Below are positions 17,069 to 29,829 of a stretch of 64,000 nt of DNA, in pieces. The first letter of the stretch is position 1. Each line of letters opens with the position of its first letter. The notes beneath the pieces were generated by a model, which saw nothing but the letters and a program-made list of their open reading frames with translations, did not search any database and had not been told where the DNA came from. Origin of the DNA: Eledone cirrhosa (taxonomy: Eukaryota); assembly GCA_964016885.1 (NCBI GenBank), contig CAXHJY010001531.1, forward strand, positions 1-64,000, read 5' to 3'. The position numbers and the translations under genes were made by a program.

Positions 17069-17698
17069 TTAATTGTAAGTTGTGATGTTGCTGTTCCACT
17101 CATATTTTCTATTTAATTTTGGTTGTAATTCTTTTATGCTTACTGCCTCTGTAATTTGCCTAAACATTGCATCTTTTCTGTGTGTGGATTCTATTTTTAT
17201 TTCTATGTTCTCTAATTTACCCTTGTGTTCTATCTTAGCATGTTGGTAGAGTACAGATGATTCTTTATTACCTTGAAGGTCTCGCCAGTGTTCATTTATC
17301 CGTTCCCCTATACTACGAGCTGTCTCACCCATGTACACTATATTTCCGTCTCTACATTGTCCTTCAGTACATCTTATGCCATACACTACATCTCCAGTTT
17401 CACAGTTAATATGGGGGCCCATTTTACAGGCTATACATTTCCCATCTATACATGAGGGTCTTTGGAACGGGTATGTCTTGCTAATAAGTGTTTTTACGGA
17501 GGTACCTGGTCTTTCTACTATCTTAATATTGAGTTTATGTTTATTTAGGGCCCTTCTAAATTTGTAGGCTAGTTCGCCTCTAGGGGTTGTATTGATGAAC
17601 ATTACACTCTGGTATTTATTGCTATCATACCATGAGTTTATTCTATTGGCCTTGTTCCTAGTTCTTTCTATTCTATTCCAAAATTTGCTCCTATACAA
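17069..17698 (-). pseudogene. PLE C-terminal fragment: Zn-finger-like linker plus GIY-YIG endonuclease
   Basis: C-x4-C-x2-C linker, VVYGIRC...YMGETARSIGERINEH...H...EAV.I...LNRKYE. Confidence 0.88.
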
Positions 17699-17724
17699 GG
17701 GGCAGGTCCCATTTATGTCATTAT

Positions 17725-18116
17725 TTATCTAAATACAAAGTAAAACCTACTACAGTCAGTAGGCATCTCTAACAAAATACCCCCCCCCCCCCCCCCCCGC
17801 CATCCACACCGCCCCTTTCAATGTAAAGTTATGTTGGTGCCACAACATCCAGGCCGAAACAAATGAGCTCGTGTTGGTGTCACGACAAAAAAAAACACAC
17901 AGTCCACGCTGTAATGTGGCCATGTAGGCAACACGGTAAAAACCTCCCAGCCCCACACTGTAAATGTGGTTGGTGTTAGGAAGGGCATCCAGCTGTAGAA
18001 AACCCGCCAGACAGTCCTATGCAAGCAATGACAACCACTCTTGCCTCAAGTGGGAAAACTTCCGTCCAAATGCATGCAAGCGTGGAACATGGACGTTAAA
18101 CGATGATGATGATGAT
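17725..18116 (+). mobile_element. RTE family 1 3' UTR with (GAT)n tail
   Basis: Homologous to 52895-53291. Confidence 0.9.
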
Positions 18117-18384
18117 AAATATCTATTTAATATATATATATATTTAATATATATATATAATATATATATATATATAATATATATATATATTAAATATATA
18201 TATATATATTTAATATATTTAATATATATATATATATATTTAATATATATATATATATTTAATATATATATATATATATATATTTAATATATTTATATAT
18301 TTATATATATATATTATATACACACATATAATCATGATAATGATGTACATATTTGCATACCAATGCATAAACCATATATGTATA

Positions 18385-19689
18385 TACAAGGTGTGTCAGA
18401 AAAGTTCCAGGACATGTTACAAAAGATTTATTTCAAACCCAAACTTCACACTAAGAGTTTTCTCCTTCAAAGTAATCCCCCTGGAGTATGCAACTGTAAT
18501 CTTAGCTCTCTGCAGCGATCAAACTTTTTTCTTCATAATTTTATATACATGTCCTCAGGTCGTCAATCAATGAGCACAGAGCAACGAACAAATTTGAAGT
18601 TTCTGGTACGGTTGGGGAAAACTCCGTCTGAAGCACTGGGTTTGCTGCAGCAAGTGTATGGAGATGAGACGATGTCACGGTCACGTGTTTTTGAGTGATG
18701 CAAGAGGTTTAAAGAAGGACGCGAAGACGTGGAAGATGACCCCAGCAGCGGAAGGCCCTCAACAACCAGGACCGAGGTCAATGTTGAGCACGTCAGGCAG
18801 ATGGTGCATAGCGATCATCGGCTGACTGTTCAACTGATGGCAAATGAGTTGGACATGAATCGAGACAGCGTCTGGAAGATTGTCACTGAAGATTTGGACA
18901 TGCGGAAAGTCTGTGCGAAGATGGTGCCAAAACTGCTGATGGATGACCAGAAGGTTCGACGCATGCAAGGGTGCCAGGACATCCTCGAGCGTCTTGAAAC
19001 CGAACCAGACTTGCTAGGGACAGTCATCACCGGTGATGAGTCATGGATCTTCGAGTACGACCCGGAAACCAAACGCCAGAACCTTCAGTGGAAGAGTTCG
19101 TCGTCGCCAAGGCCGAAGAAAGCACGACAGTAGAAGTCCAAAGTCAAGGTCATGTTGATCACATTCTTCGATGTGAGGGGGATCGTCCACTGCGAGTTCT
19201 TGCCACAGGGCCAGAGGATCAACCAACATGTCTACAAAGAGATACTGCAGTGTTTGCTTCGTTCAGTGCGTGAGAAGAGGCGAGAGTTGTGGCAGGACAA
19301 CTCGTGGCTGCTTCACCATAACAACGCGCCTACTCACAATGCCCTGAGCATCCGACAGTTCCTGGCCGAGAAGAACATCGCCGTGCTGGAGCAACCTCCC
19401 TACTCCACTGATCTGACTCCGTGTGATTTTTTGCTATTCCCCAAGCTCAAGGGGGTCATCAAGGGGACCCGTTTTGAAGACGTGGACGACATCAAAAAGG
19501 CCGTGACGACGGAACTGTGGAGGATCCCGGAAGAATCCTTCCAGGAGTGCATGCAAGCGTGGCAGAAAAGGATGGAACAGTGCATTAGACTCCAGGGGGA
19601 ATACTTTGAAGGAGAAAACTCAGTGTGAAGTTCGGGTTTGAAATAAATCTTTTGTGACATCAGTCCTGGAACTTTTCTCACACCTCATA
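18385..19689 (+). mobile_element. Full-length mariner DNA transposon with ~100-bp TIRs and TA ends
   Basis: TIRs 18385-18487 / 19589-19689 enclose a transposase frame. Confidence 0.93.
18570..19628 (+). pseudogene. Mariner DD34D transposase, inactivated
   Basis: Three ORFs in one frame separated by TGA (18696) and TAG (19131); motifs ITGDESW, HHNNA (second catalytic D changed to N), YSTDLTPCDF. Confidence 0.93.
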
Positions 19690-19699
19690 TACACATACA

Positions 19700-19975
19700 T
19701 CATGATGGCTGCAACTCGATTTCGAGTAATGCCATCGCTTGATACTTAAGCTTGAGCATCACGGATGTCACATATCAAGCAATGCCTGTGTTGGAAGCTT
19801 TTTTAAGTGAGGAAAGGATTTGTACAGAGTCAATCCCACTCTCTGAACATCAAATGCATTTGCACAAAAAGAAGAATTGGTCTACATCATTGGATGCAAA
19901 CGAAGTCGTAGGTTTTATATCAGAGTGACCTTCTCCTAGAGAGATGTCTTAATGAAGACTCGAAGTCTCTTGCTC
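19700..19975 (-). repeat. Dispersed repeat family X
   Basis: Homologous to 30807-31140 and, reverse-complemented, to 40380-40640. Confidence 0.6.
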
Positions 19976-20047
19976 CACAAAAAATTAAAAAAACCTTTAT
20001 ATACCATATATATACACACACACATCAAATCTACACACATATATATA

Positions 20048-20450
20048 TCATCATCACCATCGTTTAACATCAATCTTCCAAACTAGCATGGGTAGGACGG
20101 ATTGACCCTTAGGGAGAAAATCAGGTCAGGAACCATGTTTAATTCACTCAGGGCATATTTTGGCTTGGTTTCTACAGCTGGGTGTCCTTCCTAACGCCAA
20201 CCACATTTACAATGTGTGCCAGGTGCTTTTATCATGTCATTTACATGACCACATTACAGTGACTGGGCACTTTTTGTCGTGTCGCCAACACGACCACTTT
20301 ACAGTGGGGACTGGGCACTTTTGTCTTGGAACTGGAGGGGGCGGGGGGGAACATCGGTAATAGGGGAGGGATGGTTACGACAAAGGGATGTGTATGAGAA
20401 GGGAGAAGGTTGAGGAAGGTGTTGCCTACTAGGTATAAGTCTCAGCCTGA
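20048..20450 (-). mobile_element. Diverged RTE-type 3' end
   Basis: (CAT)n tail and TTTCTACAGCTGG..CCTTCCTAACGCCAACCAC motif. Confidence 0.7.
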
Positions 20451-20746
20451 GAATTATATATATATATATAATGCTGATCTTTTGATTTTAATTTATTAAT
20501 TCTTCATTGAACTTAAAAGTGAACAGTTGCAACATATATATATCTTTAATTTAATTTTATGTATATGATAACCTTTATATATATATATATACAAAATAAC
20601 AAGATACACATAGACACATAAGTATATGTATACTTGTGGTGTCTCACCATTACCAGATTTGTTCAATGACTGAAAGCATTTTAAAAATAGTTAGTCAATC
20701 ATAGCTATACAATAATCATAAATGTGAAGAGAAAATGGACAAAATA

Positions 20747-20851
20747 TACACACACGCATATACACACACACACACATATATACACACACGCATACACACA
20801 CACACACACATATATACACACACGCATATATACACACACACACACATATAT

Positions 20852-20892
<41 letters not shown>

Positions 20893-20998
20893 TATATATA
20901 CACACATATATACGCACACACACATATGCACACATATACACATATACACATACACATATATACACATATACACACACACGCACGTATACACACACACA
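20747..20998. repeat. (CA)n/(TA)n compound microsatellite
   Basis: Direct reading. Confidence 0.95.
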
Positions 20999-21379
20999 TG
21001 GAGGCACATGGCTTAGTGGTTAGAGCATTGGCCTTGCAATCAAAAGGTTGTGAGTTCAATTCTCAGACCGGGGTGATGTGTTGTTTCCTTGAGAAAGACC
21101 ACTTGATTTCACATTGCTCCAGTTTACTCAGCTGTAGAAATGAGATGATAGGACTGGGTCCCTATCATTCCACTGCAAAGTGGTCGTGGAAGTGCCACGG
21201 CAAAAAAGCACCCAGCCCACACTGTAAAGTGGACGTGTAGGCGCCATGGAAAAAAAAGCACCCAGCAATCACTGTAAATGAAGTTGGTGTTAGGAAGGGT
21301 ATCCAGCTGTAGAAATCAAGCCAGAATCAGTTCCCATCCCACCCTTGCAAGCAGGGAAAAGCGGACGTAAAATGATGAT
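20999..21379 (+). mobile_element. tRNA-headed SINE with central core and RTE-derived 3' tail
   Basis: A/B boxes at 21008-21065, TCCTTGAG-AAGAC..CACTT core, RTE 3' UTR ending in GATGAT. Confidence 0.82.
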
Positions 21380-21384
21380 ATATA

Positions 21385-22200
21385 CATATATATAATTCTG
21401 TGACGCAAATGACCTATATCTGTAAAATGAACTTCAAAAAACAAGACAACCACTTAATCACCTGTAGATCAGGTGAGCACACAAGCTAGATAGATTTCAT
21501 TCTTATCAGAAGACATGACATAGGGACTGTTGTAAACACAAAGTCCCTCCGTAGTGAAGATTGCACCTCTCAACATAACGTAGTAGTTAATGACCTTATA
21601 GTCAGAGCTAGAAGAACCTGGCAACAGAAGACAACCTAGAGAAGAAGAATGTTAAAAGACCCATCAACCAGTAACAAATTTAGAAGTATGTTGATTGATA
21701 CCTTCGACAGAAAGGAAGAGCAAATAGAGACATAAAATAACCTACTGAAGGCACAAATGAAATCTGTGGTTGGAGTAAGTCTCTAGGGGAAAGGAGAGTG
21801 ACTTGCTGGTGGAATAGGAAGATAGAATTAAGGCCAAAAAGCAAGCTTGGAAGGAATGGCAAAATAGGGTAGTAGAGAAGTCTACCAGGATGCTATGAGA
21901 GAAGCTAGGCAACAAGTGTTTTGCAGCATGAGGTGCAAGTAAGTAGCAAGTGTCCACAGGATATTAGCTCCTTCAAATGCCCAGATGGCTCTGTAGTAAT
22001 AGATAGTTTCTGTTAGCTGGCTGACCAAATTAGCAGTAGAGGAGGGTGTTCTGAAAGCACAGTAACCAGTGTGAGAATGGGTTTGAGAAAGTTCAGATTA
22101 AACTAACTATAAAAGGTTTTTCCCTCAAAATGAAAGACTGTGTGATAAATGTATATGAACAACAACGTTGCACAATAGCGAGACCTGGGCACTTTGCCAC
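21385..22200 (+). pseudogene. Heavily decayed RTE family 1 ORF fragments
   Basis: Patchy similarity to 50540-50990 and 52340-52530. Confidence 0.6.
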
Positions 22201-22326
22201 TGCTAATGAGATATATATATACACCCACACACACATATATATATACACCCACACACACATATACATACATCGTCATCATCACCGTTTTACGTTCATTTTC
22301 CACACAAGCATATATATATATGTATG

Positions 22327-22860
22327 TATCAAATGAAGCAATCGGGTAAAGGACTTGTATTTATCCCTGTAATTTAATGAGCTCGTTAATTACAAGGAAA
22401 AACGCGAGTCCTTTACTGTTACTTCATTTGATAATTTAGCTCCTTATGAATTTCTCTGTTTGTTGAGCACAGTGTAATTTGAATGGTTATAGCCTGCCAT
22501 TCCTAGCAGTTTTCTTTTTCCATTCAGGCTACTAGCTACTGTCTGACACGCGTATTTTTCCTTTTCTCTCCCCACGTACTACAGATCAGTTACCTAATTT
22601 CTATTTAGAAGTGAGGGACGTATTTTCTCTACACCTGCTGAAGATCCATGGGAAAATATGATTCTTACACTATTTTGGTGAAAGATTCTCTCTTTGACTC
22701 TGTACAGGTGTCATAGTTATGAAGGTGCATTTTCCATTTTAATTAATCTTTTTAATTATAATGCATTTCCTGTACCATTCGTAGTTTTTGTTCTTCACTT
22801 TAGTGGTAATATTGCTCCTGTAATTGAAAACACATTCTCTTCACGTATTCTCCTCTCTAT
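22327..22860. mobile_element. Older PLE-like fold-back E8 (diverged arms 22327-22382 / 22383-22433)
   Basis: Imperfect palindrome centred on GAGCTC; tail stem-loop at 22439-22468; degenerate hammerhead downstream. Confidence 0.55.
22631..22711 (+). ncRNA. Degenerate type I hammerhead
   Basis: acacctg-CTGAAGA-tcca...tggt-GAAA...GTA-caggtgt; 7-bp helix I, damaged helix III. Confidence 0.5.
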
Positions 22861-23597
22861 ATTATATCATCATTTTACGTCCGCTTTTCCCTGCTTGCAA
22901 GGGTGGGACGGGTCCTATTCAGCACAGCATCTCTCCACTTGTCATGGTCCTTCGTCATCTATAAGGTGGTCGTGTTGGTGACATGACTTAAAATTACTGA
23001 GCCCACCCTGTTTAGGTGTTCATCTCGGTACCACAATAAAAAGCATCCTGTCTACACTTTAACCTGGTTGGTGTTAGAAAGGCCATCCAGCCTTAGAAAC
23101 CAATATAAATTATAGATCTGTGTGAACATGTTGGTCTCATAATGTGACAACTCATCTAATCCATGCAAGCGTGAAAAACTGGACATTAAATGATCATGAT
23201 TATTATATATATATGCTGTCTCATTTTAAAAAGAACAGAGCAATTTGAAATCAGAGAAATTGTTCTGCTGAATTTCCTATTAACTTTTAAATTATATTTT
23301 TTTAATATAAAAATTTTCAGAATTTTGCTTTTTATTTTTTATAAACTACTGCTCCTCTGTAATTTCTAGCTCAAAAATTCTTATGTTAAGTTATATCTTA
23401 TTACCAAGACTTCAGTAAATAACCAAAATATAGGTTGCAATATATAGGATTAGGAGTGTTAGCTGAAAGCCATATGACCAATAAAAATGGAATGAATTAG
23501 TCAACTAAGAAAACAAAAATTATACATATAGACATATATATATACACACAAACTTGGATCTATATATATATAATTATATATATATAATTATATATAA

Positions 23598-23690
23598 TTG
23601 TTTCTACTTTTGTCACAAGGCCAGCAATTACCCAGTGTTTTACTGGTACTTTATTTTATCGACCCCGTAAGGATGAAAGGCAAAGTTAAC
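23598..23690 (-). mobile_element. SINE family A 3' fragment
   Basis: Reverse complement of GCCTTTCATCCTTACGGGGTCGATAAAATAAAGTACC core. Confidence 0.8.
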
Positions 23691-23741
23691 ATAATATTAT
23701 TCAAATGTTAACAAATGAAAAATATTCTCATAATCAAAATA

Positions 23742-23808
23742 TATATTTTATTATACATATTTCAAAGGTACTATGATGTTTAAGTACGTTTTCATCAGAC
23801 AAAATATA
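23742..23808 (-). ncRNA. Type I hammerhead (inverted copy, E9)
   Basis: Reverse complement of 23901-23967. Confidence 0.8.
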
Positions 23809-23900
23809 TGATTTGATGTGACATACTGCTACGTTTTTCAGTATTGGCAGTACTGGAATTGAATAATCAAAACCGTAGGGGCATGTCACGTATCAAATCA

Positions 23901-23967
23901 TATATTTTGTCTGATGAAAACGTACTTAAACACCATAGTACCTTTGAAATATGTATAATAAAATATA
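23901..23967 (+). ncRNA. Type I hammerhead ribozyme (E9)
   Basis: tatattttgt-CTGATGA-aaacgtact/agtaccttt-GAAA-tatgta-TA-ataaaatata. Confidence 0.85.
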
Positions 23968-24109
23968 TATTTTGATTATGAGAATATTTTTCATTTATTA
24001 ACATTTTGAATAATATTAAAAACTCCAGGAAAATACTGTTGAGTGCTTCTAATCTATTGTATTCTTTGGTTATAATTATATATATATATATATATTACTT
24101 TTGGGACAC

Positions 24110-24145
<36 letters not shown>

Positions 24146-24519
24146 CACACACGGGGTGTCCCAAAAGTAACTATAACAGGAATTTATGAAAATTGTAAAT
24201 ATTTATTACTTCAATTCATTGATATCAGTGGTTGATGCTATAGAACGATCATACAAAATACATGTGGTTGAACTCGCAAAGTTGGCTTTAAAACCATTAA
24301 TAATTACATAAATATGAAAAAGAAAGATAAAGCAAAATTAAGTAATAGAAAAAGGGGAAGAGGTAAAGAAGGGCAGATCTGGCTTTATGGGAAAGTAGAG
24401 GAAAGGATTATTATAACCTGATGATAATAATATATATATACACAAATGGACTCAACAGTGGTGATCTCTGAATTGGCAGCCGATTGTAAGCTCTTTCAGC
24501 TTCCATGTCTTTCTTCTCA

Positions 24520-25570
24520 GTACAGAGGAATAAAACTGATGGATCAAGTTATAAAAGTGACAGAATGAGTGTTAGTTCAAATGCAGTTTGGTTTTGTGCC
24601 AGGAAGGAGGTTACAGATGCCCTCTTCTTAGTAAAACACTACAAGTGAAATTCTTGGCAAAGTGTAAGCCACAATACCTAACTTTCATTGATCTGGAGAT
24701 GGCCTTTAACAGAGTACCATGATCTGTTGTCTGGTGGTCCTTCACAAAATTGAATGTAGATGAGGGGCTTGTGAGAGCAGTGTAAACCATGTGCAGAGGT
24801 GCTATCAGTAAAGTGATGACAGGTAATTAGTTTAGTGAGGAATTCAATGTGCTGGTAAGTGTTCATCAGAGTATAACTCTCAGCACCCCCTGTTTAGTAT
24901 AGTTCTCTAGGTCATAACAAAGTAGTTTAAGACTGACTGACCATTGGGAACTTTTGTATGCTGACAACCTGATTCTTATAGCTGAATCTGAGATTATCTA
25001 AATAAGTTCTTCTGGTGGAAACAGAACTTAGAATCAAAACAACAATGAGTAAACCTAGCAAATACCAAAGTTTTAGTAAGTAGGAAAGAATATTGGGCTG
25101 ATATCATCACTGTTACCTGGGTGACTTTATCAACAGTGGAGGTGGATACACTGAAAGTATAGTAGCTAGAATAGGAATAAGATGGAAAACTGTTAGGGAA
25201 CTATTATTGAGGACAAAAAAGGGCTTTTCATTATGGGCAAAATGCAGGATGTGTGTAAAGTGTAATATTGAATGGTAATGAGACATGGACTGCAGAAACG
25301 AGTCAAGTATTCTTTGATGGATGAGTAATGTAAATGTGGATCAACTGAGAGAAAAACTGAACATAAGAGAAATAAGATGTAGAGTACAAGGGAGAAGATT
25401 GTGATGGTATGGATTACCAAAAGAGGAAAACCTGAGGGGAAAGTGATGAGAGCTGATCTCGATACGTTGAACCTGAGTAGATGAAGGAACGCAATGAGTG
25501 GAGGGAGGCTGAACTGGAAAACCACCCATGAGATCATGGAAAAACGGATGTAAAATAACGATGATGGCGA
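24520..25570 (+). pseudogene. Decayed RTE family 1 RT region and tail
   Basis: Recognisable remnants (RGIKLMDQV, MQFGFVPG, WELLYAD) with many stops and indels. Confidence 0.7.
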
Positions 25571-26760
25571 TACAGTATGTGTGTGCGAGTGTATGTGTGT
25601 GTGAGTGTATGTGTGAGTGTGAGTATGTGTGAGTGTCTGTGTGTGCGTGTGTGTGTTTGAAAGGATTCGATTGTCTGGTATAGGAATTTTGAAAGAAAAA
25701 ATAAACTAACTAGAAATACTTCGAAGAATCAAATTTTAAATAGTTATCAAAATAGAGAAAGCAGACAGAGAAGGAATTTAAGGGAAAAATACTAATAGCT
25801 TCTAATTAATGAGCTTTGGGAAAGAATAAATAAATCTAATTAACCTGTGAACATTAAAAAAAAAATAAATACTACATTAAAACACGAACATATCTAACAG
25901 TTCACAGAAAGAGAATTTTCTGATTTCAGAGTTGATGGGGGTATAAACGTCAATGAAGGATGTATAGTATTCTAATGAAAGATTCATTGCTATTTATAAT
26001 TAAAATAGTTTGAATCCATAACTGCTAGCATTTGCAGTTTCTTTTTTTATTTATTAAGCTCTGAGTGTGCCCAGTAGGGTATGACCATAATAATGTTGAG
26101 ACAATACACGGTACTTCTACAACTTCGCTGTCGGCTTTCAGGCACGAAATTATTAATTTTTTTTTTTTAAACAGTGTGTTATTCTAACCCTACCAAAAGT
26201 ATGATAAAATCATATTAATGGATTTATAATTATGTAGTAGCGGTCGGTGGTTATTTGACAAGAGTGGAATTAACAGTAAAATTATAAAATAATCGCTGAT
26301 GTATGATGGAATCGAAAAAACGATGTCAGAGCGATGAAAAATGTCAGGAATTTATGTACATCTGTGTTTATTAATGTAAATGTTAGTAACGAACAAGTTG
26401 AAAACAGTAATAACAACAAAAATTGACCAGAGATGACACAGACAAATCAAAAACGAATGAAGAAAAAGAGAAATAAAATTAATTCAATTTCGTCAATCAA
26501 AATAAAATCAAAGAGACAGGACATAATAATGAATATATAGATAAAAATATAAAGTCGAATAATGAATATTAAATCTTCATTCTGTTTATTTAACGAACGT
26601 TAAATAATAAGAATGAAAACATTAAATCTTTAAGACGGTGGGAGTTAGGGCATATTAAAATCAGTGTTTACATTTTATATTCACTCATCTACGAATTTAA
26701 AAATAAATCAAACTAAAATAGACATACATATATAATGAAAATTACGATAATAATAATTAA

Positions 26761-27210
26761 TACTTACTCTGCAGCTGCTTAATATCACTAAGTCGCATCA
26801 AGAAGTAATAAAATGAGAAGGTCAGCAGGTCAGTTTTGCTTCCGTAATATTTGTATAGCCGAAAGAATATTATAATTAAAGTGTTACTGATAAACTAGTG
26901 AGATGGTGACGCGAAAATAAAGAAGGCTAAGAAGAACTACTTAAATATTATATGAAAGTCTGCGAGAACGTTAAATAATTTTGTGACAGTAAATTGCCGA
27001 AGCTGGCTAAGAACATGACAAGTAGACAGCTAGAGAAATAGTAGTAGGCTAAGCACATGGAAGTCCAAGACGCGTAAAAAAAAACTGGCACCTATATAGG
27101 CATAATGGTCACGTGCCTATGATCAATTTTATAGTGGAGTGGGGTATATGTTTTGCTGTAAATCTATATATGCTCGAGAAAGATCGAAGAACTTCCGGTA
27201 AAAACACATG
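26761..27210 (-). promoter_or_regulatory. Candidate host promoter and first exon
   Basis: Repeat-free, CpG-retaining island with CGCGAAAA (E2F-like), CCTATATAGG (CArG), GTCACGTG (E-box) and ACTTCCGG (ETS); minus-strand ATG at 26798 (MRLSDIKQLQ) runs into a GTAAGTA donor at 26767-26761. Confidence 0.35.
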
Positions 27211-27735
27211 GTTGTTAGTAATATTAGTCATCTTAACTATTGAATCATTGACCGGCTGATTTTAATTTATTTATTATCAGTGCATACATCAGAGATTGAA
27301 CAACTTCCTATTTCATTTACTACTATGTTTCAGTTCCACCCAATTAACAGTGTGAAGTGATAACTTACTATGTCTCTTTTGTTTAGACGTTTTTAATCCA
27401 GTAAACAACTCAATAAAAAAATATATCTTAAATGTTACTAATACTAATGTAGTTTGTTTCATCAACCGATTATCCCTGCTAGCTAACACATGATATATGA
27501 CAGATCAATTAAAAAGAGTTTATATATTGAAGTATGGTACTAGGACTCAACAGTCATAGTGAGGAAAACAAATATTCGTTGACATTTGGCAACCAGTGAA
27601 TGAAAACAAAAAGAAAAAAAACACCTAACATGTATATGTGTCTGCATATTCACTTTTATTTGTTATTTACTCTCTACTGAGAAATCCCACCACTTTCTCA
27701 TACATACATGTCTATCCATTACAAGGTTAAATAAT

Positions 27736-27870
27736 TGTTTCTAGCATGGGCACATAACCAGTTATTGAGGAGGGGGGGGTGTAGTTGATTAAATCGACCC
27801 TAGTACTCAACTGGTATTTCATTGAAGGATGAAAAGCAAAGTTGACAACATGATTTGAACTCAGAAAGAA
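27736..27870 (-). mobile_element. SINE family A fragment
   Basis: AAGGATGAAA..CAAAGTTGAC..GATTTGAACTCAGA. Confidence 0.6.
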
Positions 27871-27959
27871 GATGGACGTGACTAAACACTGCAAATTTTG
27901 TCTGGCATTCTAGCAATACTGCCTTTACATAATAAAATAATACTATTATGTACTTTACA

Positions 27960-28272
27960 TAAAGACCCCCTTCAGTCACAAATAACCATGGGATTTGCAC
28001 TTAGAAAGTTCCCCTCCAAGGCACAAGTCTGGGCAAGGTTGTTTGTGGAAGATCAGCACTTGCCCATGCATACCAGTCTCCCTTCTCCATGCCACCAATG
28101 GCTGATACAGCTTGACACCAAAGACATCGCAACTCATTTCTACAGCTGAGTTAACAAGTGCTAGAGAAATAAAGTGTCTTGCCCAAGGGCACAACGCATC
28201 ACCCAGTCCGGGAATTGAACTCACAACCTTCCGATTGCAAGAACAATGCCCTAACCACTAAGCCATGCGCCT
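27960..28272 (-). mobile_element. tRNA-derived SINE family B
   Basis: Same tRNA-like head as 20999; body homologous to 29830-30145. Confidence 0.78.
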
Positions 28273-28273
28273 T

Positions 28274-28305
<32 letters not shown>

Positions 28306-28849
28306 TATATATGTGCGTGTGTGTGTGCATGTATGTATCCCCTTCCCACTGATTCACATTCCTTGTCCAATCCATGTAAGCTTGAAAGATGTGCTCACTC
28401 TCTTTAAGGCCACATCCATGACCTGATGCTTCCTCTCCCACGGTCGTATGATAATGAAAATTATTCTCTACAGTGCTCAAGTACACTACAACTCATCGAA
28501 GGTGCATGCATAGTACATAGAATAATGTGCAAATGTCAGGATAGTGAACAGTGTACAAGTCATAATTACACACTCACACGTGGGGGGGGGGGGGATATCA
28601 GGCGTAGTGTTGTACCATGTGGAGTGCCTCCTCATTTTACACACCCACTCCTGTCAATGGCTCCCAAGCCTGGTGAAGAACAACTAGCTCCCTTGGTGTT
28701 GTAACGAGGTATTACTGGGGCCACAATAAAAATACACCCAGACCACTATGTAAGGTTGTAGTGCTAGTTCCATGACAAAAAGCAATCAATTCACGCTGTA
28801 AGGTGGTGGTGCAAGAGTCATGATAAAATATGCCCAGTAACACTTTAAG

Positions 28850-29100
28850 GCATGTGGCGAAGCATAGCGTTGTGGGTTCAATCCGGGGCTGGGTTGCATG
28901 TTGTGTTCTTGAGCAAATAACTTTATTTCATGTTGCTCCAGTATACTCAGCTGAAAATGAGTACTGACAATAGCTGGGATTTAATCCTGCAATGGACCGG
29001 CATCCTGTTTAGGGGGGAGTCTTGTACTCTCAGTCGCTTCACACCACAGAGACCAGGATAAGCACTGGCCTGATGAGTCTCTCGGCTCGAGACAGACCTT
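28850..29100 (+). mobile_element. tRNA-derived SINE (related core)
   Basis: B box GGTTCAATCC followed by TTCTTGAGCAA..ACTTTATTTCA..GCTCCAG..ACTCAGCTG core. Confidence 0.65.
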
Positions 29101-29829
29101 AGACTTTAGTAGCACTTTGTAATGCAGTTGGATGGGAAGGGTATCCAGCTGTAGAAATCAAGCCAAAAATGAAAAGTTTGAGCAAGATGTGATCACCCCC
29201 ACCCACACCTACCCCTGCTTATTAAATTTTGCTAATCCATCTAAAGCAAAATTTTCTTTAGACATTAAAAAACATGATACATGACAAAAAAAAATGTACA
29301 TTACTAGAAATCCCATGCGTTATAAAATAAATAGAATGGGTTGGGATCTCAATATGTAAACTAAACAACTAATTCTGGTTAAAAAAAAAAATAAACGGGG
29401 ACAACCTAGAAAAATTACCGATAACCCCATCTCTATCCCAGTTATTCCACTCACCACCTCTATTATTTGGGACCTGAGAGTGCATCAAGTGTTTGGGCAC
29501 ATCGTTTATACAGCTCTTGTTCTCCTAATATATCACATGTTCATACCATTGCAACTACCTCTCTTGCTCACTACATACAATTCCTCTTGTGCTTTGCTGC
29601 TCATGTACACTAACATGATGCATCCAAAGGAACATGTATATTTCATTTGAAACCTATATTTAGAGTTCACATCTCACTATCATGTAGTATAGCAACTCAA
29701 ATACAAGCATCATACAATCTGCCCTTCACACTGAGAGAGAGAAGTCCTTTGTTATAATTTTGGTTACAATATTTTGGTACATCCAATTCGACTGCTAATG
29801 TGGCCACCTATTTTGACGACACCAGTAAG

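Larger units (their letters stand above)
16657..17724 (-). mobile_element. 5'-truncated Neptune-like PLE E7 (Cys-rich linker, GIY-YIG, hammerhead)
   Basis: ORF 17069-17698 and hammerhead at 16822-16864. Confidence 0.85.
23692..24075. mobile_element. PLE-derived inverted-repeat insertion E9: arms 23692-23824 / 23883-24018 plus tail
   Basis: ~135-bp inverted repeat; hammerhead in both arms; tail stem-loop at 24022-24044. Confidence 0.85.

Noticed and set aside
20999-21075. Functional tRNA gene
   Set aside because: A/B boxes are present but the head continues into a SINE core and is multi-copy with divergence.
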